The notes below the pieces were generated by a model. It saw nothing but the letters and a program-made list of their open reading frames with translations, was not told the origin of the DNA and made no database searches. Of a DNA stretch of 64,000 bases, positions 15,524 to 25,065 are shown one piece after another. A program made the position numbers and the translations under genes. The DNA is from Candidatus Kuenenia stuttgartensis (GTDB lineage: Bacteria; Planctomycetota; GCA-002687715; CAIWVZ01). Position 1 is the stretch's first letter; every line of letters begins with the position of its first letter. The stretch is taken from NCBI GenBank assembly GCA_945860915.1, contig CAMARR010000005.1, positions 85,018 through 149,017 on the forward strand, given 5' to 3'.

Positions 15524-16204
15524 TCAGACCTTCAAAGGGATCCCGGGGCTATGCGTCGAGCAAATGGATGCCTTCATGACAAAGGTTCCTTTCGCCGTAG
15601 CAGGCCGCAGGGTCGAGATGTGATCAATGAACGCCGTGATGTTCTGGCCAAGCTTGTCCTTAGCAAAGGAGCGCTTGCCCATCGGTGCAGCGATGTTGCC
15701 GCCGTCGTCGTTGCGGAATTCAATCTTTCCAGCCTTGAATTCCCTGACTGCGGTAGCCACATCGGCTGTAACCGTACCAGCCTTCGGGGTGGGCATTTTG
15801 CCCTGCGGACCGAGGACCTTACCGAGCTTACCGACGTGCTTCATCATGTCAGGTGCCGCGATTGCGATGTCGAAGTCAAACCACCCGCCAAGCACCTTCT
15901 CGGCCAGATCCGCAGATCCGACTTCGGCAGCACCAGCAGCGCGGGCCTCTTCGGCTTTCGCACCTTCCGCGAACACAACGACACGACGCTCCTTGCCGAT
16001 CCCGTTAGGGAGGCTGAGGGAGCCACGTACGATCTGGTCAGCTTTCTTGGGATCAATCCCAAGACGAACAACCAGCTCGACAGTCTCGTCCGACTTCCCC
16101 TTGGGGAAGCCTGACAGGATCGCAACAGCCTCCTCAACGGAGTACTGGCGAGTCCGGTCGACCTTCCCGGCGGCTTCGCGATAACGCTTGCCGAATTGGG
16201 GCAT
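15524..16204 (-). CDS. rplA: 50S ribosomal protein L1
   Basis: Trimmed to the ATG at 16204 ([30 protein letters not shown]), a typical L1 N-terminus. Also [15 protein letters not shown]. The weak SD makes the start less certain. Confidence 0.9.
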   Translation of the reverse strand: MPQFGKRYREAAGKVDRTRQYSVEEAVAILSGFPKGKSDETVELVVRLGIDPKKADQIVRGSLSLPNGIGKERRVVVFAEGAKAEEARAAGAAEVGSADLAEKVLGGWFDFDIAIAAPDMMKHVGKLGKVLGPQGKMPTPKAGTVTADVATAVREFKAGKIEFRNDDGGNIAAPMGKRSFAKDKLGQNITAFIDHISTLRPATAKGTFVMKASICSTHSPGIPLKV

Positions 16205-16319
16205 AAAAAGTCGTGAGCCCTTCTGCAGACGCAATTCCAAACCAGTGGTGCGGCTACGTCTGCCAACGCCTTCCACCGGGGGCCCGCAACCCGACAAGGG
16301 CTGCGGGATTATGTTCTAT

Positions 16320-16745
16320 TCAGTCAACAACCGTGATGCCCATCGAGCGGGCCGAGCCCTCAATGATGCGCATCGCTGCTTCGATGGAGCCCGATGTGAG
16401 CTCCTTCTTCTTGACTTCCGCGATTTCGCGGACCTGCTTGCGGGTCACCTTGCCGACCTTCGTGGTCTTGGGGTTCGCCGCGCCCTTGTCAGCACCTGCC
16501 GCCTTACGGAGGAGTACCGACGCGGGTGGAGACTTGAATTCGAGTTCGAAGGTACGATCTTCGAACACGGTGATGACGACCGGAATGATCGTGCCCATTT
16601 GCGAACGCGTTCCTTCATTGAAACGCTTCACGAATTCGCCGATGTTCACGCCGTGCTGTCCGAGTGCCGGACCGACGGGAGGAGCCGGGGTGGCTTGTCC
16701 TGCCGGGCACTGGAGCTTGACTCTTGATTTGACCGCTTTCGCCAT
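16320..16745 (-). CDS. rplK: 50S ribosomal protein L11
   Basis: 141 aa with ...[24 protein letters not shown]..., the L11 signature. Confidence 0.96.
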   Translation of the reverse strand: MAKAVKSRVKLQCPAGQATPAPPVGPALGQHGVNIGEFVKRFNEGTRSQMGTIIPVVITVFEDRTFELEFKSPPASVLLRKAAGADKGAANPKTTKVGKVTRKQVREIAEVKKKELTSGSIEAAMRIIEGSARSMGITVVD

Positions 16746-16792
16746 GATTCGTTACCTTGCAGCGAGGTCGTCACCGACCGCGCCGCCAATTT

Positions 16793-17380
16793 TTACGTGG
16801 TTTCCACTTGCCAATACTGGAGTTCAACCGGCGTCGCGCGACCAAAAATGGTCACGATGACGCGCACAAGGCCCTTCTCGTCATTGATCGATTCGACGAC
16901 GCCGTCGAAGTTCTCAAAGGGGCCTTCCTTGATCTTGACCTTGTCGTTGACGCCAAAGTTGATCTTGATCTTGGCCGGCGCCGAATCGCTGCCGGCTGAG
17001 CCGAAGATCTTCGTCACTTCTTCGGGAGAAAGCGGGAACGGCTTGGGGATCTTTCCCAACGTCGAGCGAACGTTGCCGCCGCCTCCGACGAAGTCGCCGG
17101 CACCTACCGTCTCACGAACGAATGCCCAAGTCTCGTCGTCCATGAGCATGCTGACGAGAACGTAACCTGGGTAAGTCTTCTGAGTGCGAGTGCGCTTCTT
17201 GCCGTCCTTGATTTCCGCGATCCGTTCGGTCGGAACTTTGACCTCGACGATGCGGTCGCCGAGTCCGCGGATCTGGATCTTGCGCTCCAGATTGCGACGA
17301 ACGGAGTCTTCCTTGTTGGCAGACACTCGAATGAGGTACCAAGCCGGAGCATTCGACGGATCGAGGACAGTTGAGTTCAC
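16793..17380 (-). CDS. nusG: Transcription termination/antitermination factor NusG
   Basis: WYLIRVSANKE NGN start and a KOW-like C-terminus (GDKVKIKEGPFENFDGVVESIN...). Overlaps the secE stop by 4 nt. Confidence 0.93.
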   Translation of the reverse strand: MNSTVLDPSNAPAWYLIRVSANKEDSVRRNLERKIQIRGLGDRIVEVKVPTERIAEIKDGKKRTRTQKTYPGYVLVSMLMDDETWAFVRETVGAGDFVGGGGNVRSTLGKIPKPFPLSPEEVTKIFGSAGSDSAPAKIKINFGVNDKVKIKEGPFENFDGVVESINDEKGLVRVIVTIFGRATPVELQYWQVETT

Positions 17381-17826
17381 TTGGCGCCTCCTGCCAACAC
17401 CAGGCGAACGACTGCACTCACAGCCGCGTCGAAGGCGACGATGGTTCCTGTCAATGTCACCACGAAGATGATAACCACCGTCGATGACTTGTAGGCATCA
17501 TCCCAAGTGGGCCATGTCACCTTCTTCAATTCCGAGTCGGTGTCAATGAGGAAATCAGCGGTCTTGGGAGAGTTGAGCCACCCGAGAATCAGCCGCGAAA
17601 CCAACACCGTGAGACTCCAGCAGAGAAAGAATGCGGGGTCGATGTACTGCTCGATAACGGGGATCTGGTACCCCCCAAGCAGGCGATGATCCTTGAACCA
17701 TGGGAGCTCGTACAACCAGTCGTACAACTGGAAGCCAAAGCCCCAAATGGTGAGAACAGCGAGGGTCACGAACGCCGCGCGGCGCACCGTCGTGCCGTGA
17801 CCATCCTTATGGACTGCAGTTCCCAA
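17377..17826 (-). CDS. secE: Preprotein translocase subunit SecE (long, multi-TM form)
   Basis: C-terminal ...ELKKVTWPTWDDAYKSSTVVIIFVVTLTG... is the conserved SecE segment. Extra N-terminal hydrophobic helices. Conserved secE-nusG position. Confidence 0.85.
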   Translation of the reverse strand: MGTAVHKDGHGTTVRRAAFVTLAVLTIWGFGFQLYDWLYELPWFKDHRLLGGYQIPVIEQYIDPAFFLCWSLTVLVSRLILGWLNSPKTADFLIDTDSELKKVTWPTWDDAYKSSTVVIIFVVTLTGTIVAFDAAVSAVVRLVLAGGAK

Positions 17827-17917
17827 TGTTCTTTTCCTTAGGCTTGCGCGAGGGCTTGGACCCCCGCGCTAGCTACGCCTACCCCGAATTGACGAGGTAG
17901 GCGATTGCCAATGTTGA

Positions 17918-19138
17918 TCAGGTCAAGATCTTCGACACCACGCCGGCGCCGACGGTTCGGCCACCTTCGCGAATGGCGAAGCGGAGTCCCTGCTCCATCG
18001 CGATGGGCGCAATGAGTTCTGCGCTCATCTTGATGCGATCACCAGGCATAACGACTTCAGCGTTGGTGCCGTCGTCAGCCGTGAACGCACTGATGGTGCC
18101 AGTTACGTCCGTCGTGCGGAAGTAGAACTGAGGCTTGTATCCCGCCTTGAACGGGGTCGAGCGTCCGCCCTCTTCCTTTTTGAGGATGTAGACCTCGCCG
18201 TCGAACTTCGTGTGGGGCAGGATGGAACCCGGCTTCGCGAGGACTTGTCCACGCTCGACCTCTTCCTTCTTCAAACCACGGAGAAGAACGCCGACGTTGT
18301 CGCCAGCCTGACCTTCATCGAGGAGCTTGCGGAACATTTCGACGCCCGTGCACACCGTCTTCTTGGTGGGAACGAGACCGATAAGTTCGAGCTCTTCGTT
18401 GACCTTGACGCGGCCACGCTCGACACGACCGGTGGCCACGGTGCCACGGCCTTCGATCGAGAAGACGTCTTCGACCGGCATGAGGAACGGCTTATCCGTC
18501 TCACGAATCGGCGTCGGGATCCAAGAGTCCACGGCGTCCATGAGCGCGTGGATGGGCTTGCACTCTTCGCCGTCGGCATTGCCGTTGGCCTCGAGTGACT
18601 GGAACGCCTTCAGGGCCGAGCCCTTGATGACCGGCGTCTTCTCGCCGTCAAATCCGTGCTTCGTGAGAAGCAAACGAATCTCTTCCTCGACGAGCTCGAG
18701 CATGTCGGGATCGTCGACTTGGTCGACCTTGTTCATGAAGACGACGATCTTCGGAACGCCGACCTGCTTCGCGAGCAGAATGTGCTCGTGAGTTTGCGGC
18801 ATCGGGCCGTCGGTCGACGCAACGACGAGAATCGCTCCGTCCATCTGCGCGGCACCCGTGATCATGTTCTTCACATAGTCAGCGTGGCCTGGGCAGTCGA
18901 CGTGAGCGTAGTGACGCGCGAGCGTCTCATATTCGACGTGAGCCGTATTGATGGTGATACCACGGGCACGCTCTTCTGGAGCGTTGTCGATCTGGTCATA
19001 CGCCTTCTTCTCCGCGAGGCCTTTGGTGGCCAACGCGAATGTGATGGTCGCAGTGAGCGTGGTCTTGCCGTGATCGACGTGACCGATGGTGCCGATGTTG
19101 ACGTGCGGCTTCGTCCGTTTGAATGCTTCCTTTGCCAT
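17918..19138 (-). CDS. tuf: Elongation factor Tu
   Basis: 406 aa with [17 protein letters not shown] and NKVD. Preceded by the classic Thr-Tyr-Gly-Thr tRNA set. Confidence 0.98.
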   Translation of the reverse strand: MAKEAFKRTKPHVNIGTIGHVDHGKTTLTATITFALATKGLAEKKAYDQIDNAPEERARGITINTAHVEYETLARHYAHVDCPGHADYVKNMITGAAQMDGAILVVASTDGPMPQTHEHILLAKQVGVPKIVVFMNKVDQVDDPDMLELVEEEIRLLLTKHGFDGEKTPVIKGSALKAFQSLEANGNADGEECKPIHALMDAVDSWIPTPIRETDKPFLMPVEDVFSIEGRGTVATGRVERGRVKVNEELELIGLVPTKKTVCTGVEMFRKLLDEGQAGDNVGVLLRGLKKEEVERGQVLAKPGSILPHTKFDGEVYILKKEEGGRSTPFKAGYKPQFYFRTTDVTGTISAFTADDGTNAEVVMPGDRIKMSAELIAPIAMEQGLRFAIREGGRTVGAGVVSKILT

Positions 19139-19224
19139 GATCCTCGAGACTCCTTGCTAAACTTTTCTAACTTGGGCCACGCCACCTCACCGATTGTCCG
19201 GCGAGGCATTGAGACCGACCTTTA

Positions 19225-19300
<76 letters not shown>

Positions 19301-19375
19301 CTTGACACTTCTGTTGGTCCGGCGCGCGCCGGACCTGTCCTAGACGTCGAACCCCCGCACGAGGCGTGGGCCGAG

Positions 19376-19446
19376 AGCGGGTGAAGGGAATCGAACCCTC
19401 GTAACCAGCTTGGAAGGCTGGCGCTCTACCACTGAGCTACACCCGC
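19376..19446 (-). tRNA. tRNA-Gly (UCC)
   Basis: Reverse complement GCGGGTGTAGCTCAGTGGTAGAGCGCCAGCCTTCCAAGCTGGTTACGAGGGTTCGATTCCCTTCACCCGCT. Anticodon loop CTTCCAA. No CCA encoded. Confidence 0.92.
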
Positions 19447-19465
19447 GTTGCACCCGGGACATCAA

Positions 19466-19548
19466 TGGCGAGGGACGGATTCGAACCTTCGAAGACATAA
19501 GTCAACAGATTTACAGTCTGTCCCGTTTGACCGCTTCGGTACCTCGCC
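19466..19548 (-). tRNA. tRNA-Tyr (GUA), long variable arm
   Basis: Reverse complement GGCGAGGTACCGAAGCGGTCAAACGGGACAGACTGTAAATCTGTTGACTTATGTCTTCGAAGGTTCGAATCCGTCCCTCGCCA. Anticodon loop CTGTAAA. The T-stem GAAGG/CCGTC has one A-G mismatch. Confidence 0.88.
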
Positions 19549-19598
19549 GACGTTCGGGAGATTCGTATTGTCAACCCATCTCTACTCCCGTTAGATAG

Positions 19599-19671
19599 AG
19601 CCAGCGAACGGACTTGAACCGTCAACCTGCGGTTTACAAAACCGCTGCTCTACCGATTGAGCTACGCTGGC
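19599..19671 (-). tRNA. tRNA-Thr (UGU)
   Basis: Reverse complement GCCAGCGTAGCTCAATCGGTAGAGCAGCGGTTTTGTAAACCGCAGGTTGACGGTTCAAGTCCGTTCGCTGGCT. Anticodon loop TTTGTAA. Confidence 0.92.
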
Positions 19672-19726
19672 GCAGCAACCCGGGATCGGAGTTGGGGCGG
19701 GAATGGTACGGAACCGCGGCTCTATG

Positions 19727-20881
19727 TCAAGCCCGGGACGCGCCTTCAGGAAGAGTCAGGCCATTCGCACGCATTCGGAGGGCCGTGACGCCGGAGACAA
19801 ATTGCTCCACATTGTCTCCCGCGACGACTTCAAGAAGCGCGTCGAGAAGTACGAGAGCGGTCATCGCTTCAGCAACCACGGAAGCCGACGGTACCGAGCA
19901 CACGTCGGAACGCTCCCAGACCGCATCTTCGGCCAATCCAGTAGTTAAGTTGATACTGGCCAAGGGCTTACGGACAGTTGGAATGGGCTTCATAGCCGCC
20001 CTGACCACGATCGGCATGCCGTTGGAAATTCCGCCTTCTATCCCGCCGGCACGATTGGAGGGGCGGGCAACCCCGCCGAACCCGTCCGGAAGTATCGGAT
20101 CGTGATACGTAAGTCCTTGTGCTGATGCACTTTGGGATCCAAATCCGATTTCGACTGACTTGATGGCCGGGATGGACATCACCGCTTGGGCAATGCGGCC
20201 GTCAAGGCGCGAATCCCATTGAGCGTGGCTCCCCAAACCAACAGGAACCCCGCATGCGACAACCGAGAACTCGCCCCCCACCGTGTCCCCCGCATCGCGA
20301 AGTGATTCAATCAACTTCACAATCTCTGGGTCAGCCTTGGGATCCAAACTTCCGATCACCGAAGCCTCGCGGACGGTTTCAGCATCCCGGTGGAGCGGAT
20401 CTCCCCCGCAGCGAACCCCACCAATTTGGGTCACATAGCCAAACACCGAAATACCGATGGAACGAAGTACGGAAGCCGCCAATCCGCCAGCGGCCACCCG
20501 CGCCGCAGTCTCGCGGGCCGAGGCGCGTTCCATGATATTCGCAACGTCGTGAGTCCCATATTTGATGGCGCCGGCTAGGTCGGCATGTCCAGGCCTCGGG
20601 CGATGAAGCTCACGATAGTCGTCGATGCGTTGGTCCTTGTTTCGCACCCAAAGCGTAATGGGCGCACCGATCGACTTCCCCCGCTTTGCCCCCGTCAGAA
20701 TCTCGACCGAATCCTGTTCCAAGTTCTGGCGCGCGCTTCGCCCGAAGCCACGCTGTCGGCGGCGCAGCATTTTGTCGACAGCCTCGATGTCGAGAGTGAT
20801 CCCTGCCGGGAGGTTCTCCAAGATGGCGAGAAGCCCTTTCCCGTGAGACTCGCCCGCGGTGCGAAATCCGAGTCGTTTCAT
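19727..20881 (-). CDS. aroC: Chorismate synthase
   Basis: 384 aa. FRTAGESHGKGL... N-terminus plus ...RQRGFGRSARQ... and ...RPGHADLAG..., the chorismate synthase motifs. Confidence 0.93.
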   Translation of the reverse strand: MKRLGFRTAGESHGKGLLAILENLPAGITLDIEAVDKMLRRRQRGFGRSARQNLEQDSVEILTGAKRGKSIGAPITLWVRNKDQRIDDYRELHRPRPGHADLAGAIKYGTHDVANIMERASARETAARVAAGGLAASVLRSIGISVFGYVTQIGGVRCGGDPLHRDAETVREASVIGSLDPKADPEIVKLIESLRDAGDTVGGEFSVVACGVPVGLGSHAQWDSRLDGRIAQAVMSIPAIKSVEIGFGSQSASAQGLTYHDPILPDGFGGVARPSNRAGGIEGGISNGMPIVVRAAMKPIPTVRKPLASINLTTGLAEDAVWERSDVCSVPSASVVAEAMTALVLLDALLEVVAGDNVEQFVSGVTALRMRANGLTLPEGASRA

Positions 20882-20892
20882 CGATAATCAGA

Positions 20893-22374
20893 TTACCGCA
20901 CTTTGACCCAAACGTCACCAACGAAGTCTTTGAGCTCCGGATCCCCCGCGTCCCCGTCGGGCGCAGGCGTCCAATCGCCGACCACCGCCTCCCGCGCAAG
21001 CCGAACGAAGCCACACGTTTCGAGACAACTATCGACATCGCCACGGGAGATTCGCCCGTAGCGCGTGGCGAACTTGGACTCGACCATGGCGACCGAACCG
21101 GTTGGCGCAAGTTCGAGCGCGGCTCCACTAAAATTGTGCGCATCGAGATTCGGGTCGCGATCCAGCGCGAATGCCGCCCATGGATGATCTGCGATCAACC
21201 ATGCCCCCGGCGACGCCGAGAGCTTTGATCTGACGACCGGGACGGCCCGATCGATCCACGACTGATCCGTCGCAACGGCCGTCGCTCCGCGCTGCGGCAT
21301 GACGAGCGGAATGACAACTATCACCCAAGGCAACATGACTCGAGCATGACGCCACGATTGGGAGTTCGACGCGCGGGTGACGAGAGCGATCACGTGGGCA
21401 AGCCCGATCGCGCAGGCGCCTCCGATCAATGGCGCGAGTGTGACGAGGTAGCGCGGGTACCCAGCGGAACCCATCGACCCCAACGCGTAGAGAACGCCGT
21501 GCAAGACGGTCACAAAAACAATGACCATGATCTCCATTCGATGCCGTGCGCGCCACGCGATTCCAAGCCCCGCGACGAAGAATGGCCACAACCATGGCGT
21601 GACGACCGATACTAAAAATGCGGCGAAAAGCAGCGGATGCCCATGGCCGTAGATGCTCGACGCTGCCCAGTTTCGAGGCCACCATGTGATGAACCAATCG
21701 GGCTCCGCGTAAGCGGCAACACCCAACCACCACCACGCCGCTATCGGAATTGCAAGCAACCCGACGAGCGACCATCTCGACCCCGAGAAAGGAGGAACCG
21801 TCGCAATCGACTTTGACTGAAGCAGCCAGCACGCCACGAGAGGGCCGATCCAGAATCCCTCTGGTCTCGCAAGCGGTAGAAAACCGAACGAGAGCGCTGC
21901 CAGCCGAAGCCGTCCTTCTCGTGCAAAGACAAATGCCCACCCAAGCAACGACGCAAAGACAATTTCGGTAAGGAGTGACGCCGCCTGTTCGGACACCAAA
22001 GGCAAGCCCAACGTACACGCGACCGCCAAGTCGGCGGAATCTAAGTGTCGGACAGCCCTGACGGATTGAACGAGTCGACGCGCTGCAAACGCCGCACTGA
22101 CTGCCACAAGCACCGTCGTGAGGCGTGCAAAGAATGGGCCGAACTGGGCACCGATCCACCACAACAGCGTGACGAGCGGACGGCCCCATATATCAACTAC
22201 ATACCGAAGATCCTGATGGGCCCATTTTGCATAACCCAAGTGCGAAACTTCGTCTGCTTCCCGAAATCCTTTGGAATTCCACGCGATCCACACAAAAACC
22301 ATCGCGATGACACCCGTCAGCACATTTGCGCGGTGTCGAACCGAGGGCGATTCGGAAGTTCTCAGGTCAGGCAC
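20893..22374 (-). CDS. Polytopic GT-C-fold glycosyltransferase (PMT_2/ArnT-like), copy 1
   Basis: 493 aa and multi-TM. First predicted loop carries FREADEVSHLGYA followed by WGRPL, a GT-C-type acidic motif. Soluble C-terminal ~100 aa. Paralogous to 23629..25065. Confidence 0.7.
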   Translation of the reverse strand: MPDLRTSESPSVRHRANVLTGVIAMVFVWIAWNSKGFREADEVSHLGYAKWAHQDLRYVVDIWGRPLVTLLWWIGAQFGPFFARLTTVLVAVSAAFAARRLVQSVRAVRHLDSADLAVACTLGLPLVSEQAASLLTEIVFASLLGWAFVFAREGRLRLAALSFGFLPLARPEGFWIGPLVACWLLQSKSIATVPPFSGSRWSLVGLLAIPIAAWWWLGVAAYAEPDWFITWWPRNWAASSIYGHGHPLLFAAFLVSVVTPWLWPFFVAGLGIAWRARHRMEIMVIVFVTVLHGVLYALGSMGSAGYPRYLVTLAPLIGGACAIGLAHVIALVTRASNSQSWRHARVMLPWVIVVIPLVMPQRGATAVATDQSWIDRAVPVVRSKLSASPGAWLIADHPWAAFALDRDPNLDAHNFSGAALELAPTGSVAMVESKFATRYGRISRGDVDSCLETCGFVRLAREAVVGDWTPAPDGDAGDPELKDFVGDVWVKVR

Positions 22375-22383
22375 ACCGGGAGT

Positions 22384-23499
22384 CTAGCGGGACGCGGCGG
22401 GCGGCGTCGCCCAGATTCTCTGCAGCCCGAGTTCTCGGTAACGCGCCTCAAGGCGTTCTGCGTAGTGGGAACGAATCTCCCCAAAGCAAGGCCACAGGAG
22501 CTTCGCATTCCCCACCCACGTGTTGGTGCCCATCCGTTGGACGTAAAGCAATTCCGGTATGTGATGAATACGACATTCGAGAAACATGCGGATCATCACG
22601 TCGTAGTCGTCGGCCCAAACGAGGTCCCTGTAGCCCCCGATTTTGCGAAGGGTCTCGGCGCGAAATGCGCGCACGTGATTGGGGCACACATTCATCGCGT
22701 CCATCACGGGGACCGTGTTGCCGTCGAAGGAGTACATGCCCATCGCATCGTGCTGCAAGGACTCCTTGGCGATGAGACCATTCCACGGCGTATCGCGATA
22801 GGTCCAATACGGGACATTGTAGACGTTGAATTCGGTCGTACCCGCGTACCACTCGGCGCAGTTCGAATACACCATGCCGGCGTCGGGGCTCGTTTGGAAC
22901 GCCTTGACGATCGTCTCGAGCGCATGTGGCAGGAGAAAATCGTCGTGATCGAGCTCGACTAAGTAATCACCTCTAGCGAGCGAACACGCGAGATTCTTCA
23001 GATAGCCGATGCGCCCGATCGGCTGCATTTTGAAGATGCGAATGCGCGGGTCGCGAAGGGCCTCGAGCATCGCAACGCTCGCGTCCGAGGAGCCGTCGTC
23101 GACAACAACCCACTCGAAGTTCGTCCACGTCTGAGCCTGGACGGTCCGCGCGGTTTCCAAAATGAATGCGGCCGCATTGTGAACGGGCGTCGTGATGCTG
23201 ACAAACGGAATCTTGTAGGTCCCCGGACGCGTATAGCCCCAATAGCAGTTCTTGCAGGTTTCGATGAGCGCCGCGTCGTCCGGCTTCGAAGGCAGATGCA
23301 CCCAGCGTCGCCTGGTGAAATAGGGCTGCGCATTGAGGGTGCTCCAATTCCCCTCACCAAACGTAACGATGGCGTCCCATTCGCGAAGACAAAGCGCCGA
23401 AATGAGCGCGTGGTCGTCGCGAGTGATGGTGACCTTAATGCTGCCGAGGTTGGCAGTCGAAATCTCATTTCGAGGGTCGTGAATTAGGAGCTGGTACAT
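22384..23499 (-). CDS. Family 2 glycosyltransferase with ~95-aa N-terminal extension
   Basis: FVSITTPVHNAA...WVVVDDGSSDAS... and ...ELDHDDFLLPHALE (DxD) are GT2 (GT-A fold) hallmarks. No TM segment noticed. Confidence 0.82.
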   Translation of the reverse strand: MYQLLIHDPRNEISTANLGSIKVTITRDDHALISALCLREWDAIVTFGEGNWSTLNAQPYFTRRRWVHLPSKPDDAALIETCKNCYWGYTRPGTYKIPFVSITTPVHNAAAFILETARTVQAQTWTNFEWVVVDDGSSDASVAMLEALRDPRIRIFKMQPIGRIGYLKNLACSLARGDYLVELDHDDFLLPHALETIVKAFQTSPDAGMVYSNCAEWYAGTTEFNVYNVPYWTYRDTPWNGLIAKESLQHDAMGMYSFDGNTVPVMDAMNVCPNHVRAFRAETLRKIGGYRDLVWADDYDVMIRMFLECRIHHIPELLYVQRMGTNTWVGNAKLLWPCFGEIRSHYAERLEARYRELGLQRIWATPPAASR

Positions 23500-23628
23500 C
23501 GTTCAGTTCGCGCTGCTCGCACATTCAGCGTCACGTTCCATGGGGATCGACTCGGACCGAGGCGGCCATTGAGTCTATCGAGACTATGGCCAATTCGACT
23601 CATTGAGTCATCTTTATTGGAGCGAACC

Positions 23629-25065
23629 CTACCTGCGAATATATGCGCTTGGAGTGAAGCCGGCGAGATACGGATAGCCCGTTGTGTCTCCGAGCGACAT
23701 ATCAATACCCAATGCCACAAGATCAAGCCGCTCGAACCCGAGTTGCGTCAATCTCTCGGGCCGGACGTTGCGCGTTGATGGCAGGTAAAGGCGATCCTCC
23801 ACCAAAACGATCGCCCCAATCGGCAGGCCCGTGATCGTCGCCTCGCTGAAGTCGCCCATGTCCTCAAATCGCGATCCGGGCGTCGTTTCCCAACCAAGGT
23901 AGAAGAACGGGTGCGCGGCGTGAGCCTCGCTTTTGGGGAATGCCCGTTGCAGTGACTCACCTACCCGGGTCAAGACCCGCGCGTCAGGAGGGGGTGCCTT
24001 GCGGGTCCAAGTATTGCGTTCGGTCCACGCTGACAGGACCCAGATCACAAGTAGGGCCAAGACCGGATGCCGCCTGATCCCCGACTTCGGCAGCCAGTCC
24101 CCGATTCGTTCCCATCCCTGCGCCATGAGGATCGCCAACAACGGGCACAACGTGAGGAAGTAACGCGCATATCCAGCACTTCCGAAGGAGCCAGTTGCCC
24201 AGAGCGCCGTGTGAACCGCGAAGACAGCGAGCGTCACCGCAACGATGGGTGCGATCGTGCGTGAGCGCGGGCGAAGCACCCCGGCCATGAGCAACGGGAT
24301 CAAACTCCACGGAAGCAGATCGCGAACGACCGTGAGAATCCACGAGACGGCTCCCTGCCCGTAAGACGACCCGGGAGCCCAGTCGTGGGGCCAATGATGA
24401 ACAAGCCACCACGGATCTCCCGATGACAGCGCCGCAACAACAGCCCACACGAGGGTGCCAACCGGAATGCCAAGGAGCGAGGCAAAACGAGAGATCTTGC
24501 CCTCACGGCTTCGCCAGCACCCCAGAAGCGCGCAACACCCGTCAACGAATCCGACGATGAATCCCTCGGGTCGCATCAGCGGCAGAAGCCCGGTGATCCA
24601 GCCTGCTGCAACGTGACGATGGGTCAATCGAAGCCATAGCCACACGCCGAGCATCGCGGCGAACGGCCATTCGGTCCAGACTCCACCTAAAAGCGCAATG
24701 ACCATCGTCTGCATAAGAACCAGCAGAACAGCGGTCGATGGTGCCCTCAAACCGAGCTCACGCGCACACTTCCATACGGTCCATCCGATGACGATGAGCG
24801 ACAAAGCCGAAGTCCATCGCACGGCGTCGATCGAGAATGCAGCCAGCGGCCACCACAACAGCGTGCAGAGCGGTCGGGCCCAAACATGCAGGAGATTCAT
24901 GGGCACGGAACCCACCTCTCGTGCATAGAGATAGTGCAATACCTCGTCTGCTTCCCGCAGATGATCCGTCTTGATACTGAAAATCGTCAGGGCGACGGCC
25001 ACGATGCAAAGCAGCATGAGTGCCCATCGGCCCTGCACCTCTGGGCGAACGTCGTCGACCTTCAT
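23629..25065 (-). CDS. Polytopic GT-C-fold glycosyltransferase (PMT_2/ArnT-like), copy 2
   Basis: 478 aa and multi-TM. LREADEVLHYLYA...WARPL matches the loop motif of copy 1. Its ATG overlaps the mutS2 TGA (ATGA). Confidence 0.7.
   Translation of the reverse strand: MKVDDVRPEVQGRWALMLLCIVAVALTIFSIKTDHLREADEVLHYLYAREVGSVPMNLLHVWARPLCTLLWWPLAAFSIDAVRWTSALSLIVIGWTVWKCARELGLRAPSTAVLLVLMQTMVIALLGGVWTEWPFAAMLGVWLWLRLTHRHVAAGWITGLLPLMRPEGFIVGFVDGCCALLGCWRSREGKISRFASLLGIPVGTLVWAVVAALSSGDPWWLVHHWPHDWAPGSSYGQGAVSWILTVVRDLLPWSLIPLLMAGVLRPRSRTIAPIVAVTLAVFAVHTALWATGSFGSAGYARYFLTLCPLLAILMAQGWERIGDWLPKSGIRRHPVLALLVIWVLSAWTERNTWTRKAPPPDARVLTRVGESLQRAFPKSEAHAAHPFFYLGWETTPGSRFEDMGDFSEATITGLPIGAIVLVEDRLYLPSTRNVRPERLTQLGFERLDLVALGIDMSLGDTTGYPYLAGFTPSAYIRR

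Noticed and set aside
17827-17917. A possible tRNA-Trp or rpmG between tuf and secE, as found in many bacteria.
   Set aside because: The gap is only 91 nt. It shows no cloverleaf-compatible acceptor/T-arm pairing and no room for a ~55-aa ORF.
21128-22189. A 353-aa alternative-frame ORF on the same strand inside GT-C copy 1. A 234-aa ORF (44594..45298 -) spans the rlmN/rodA junction.
   Set aside because: Their composition is Arg/Ser/Gly/Cys-rich, typical of an off-frame GC-rich translation. The competing frames encode coherent TM proteins or RlmN motifs.
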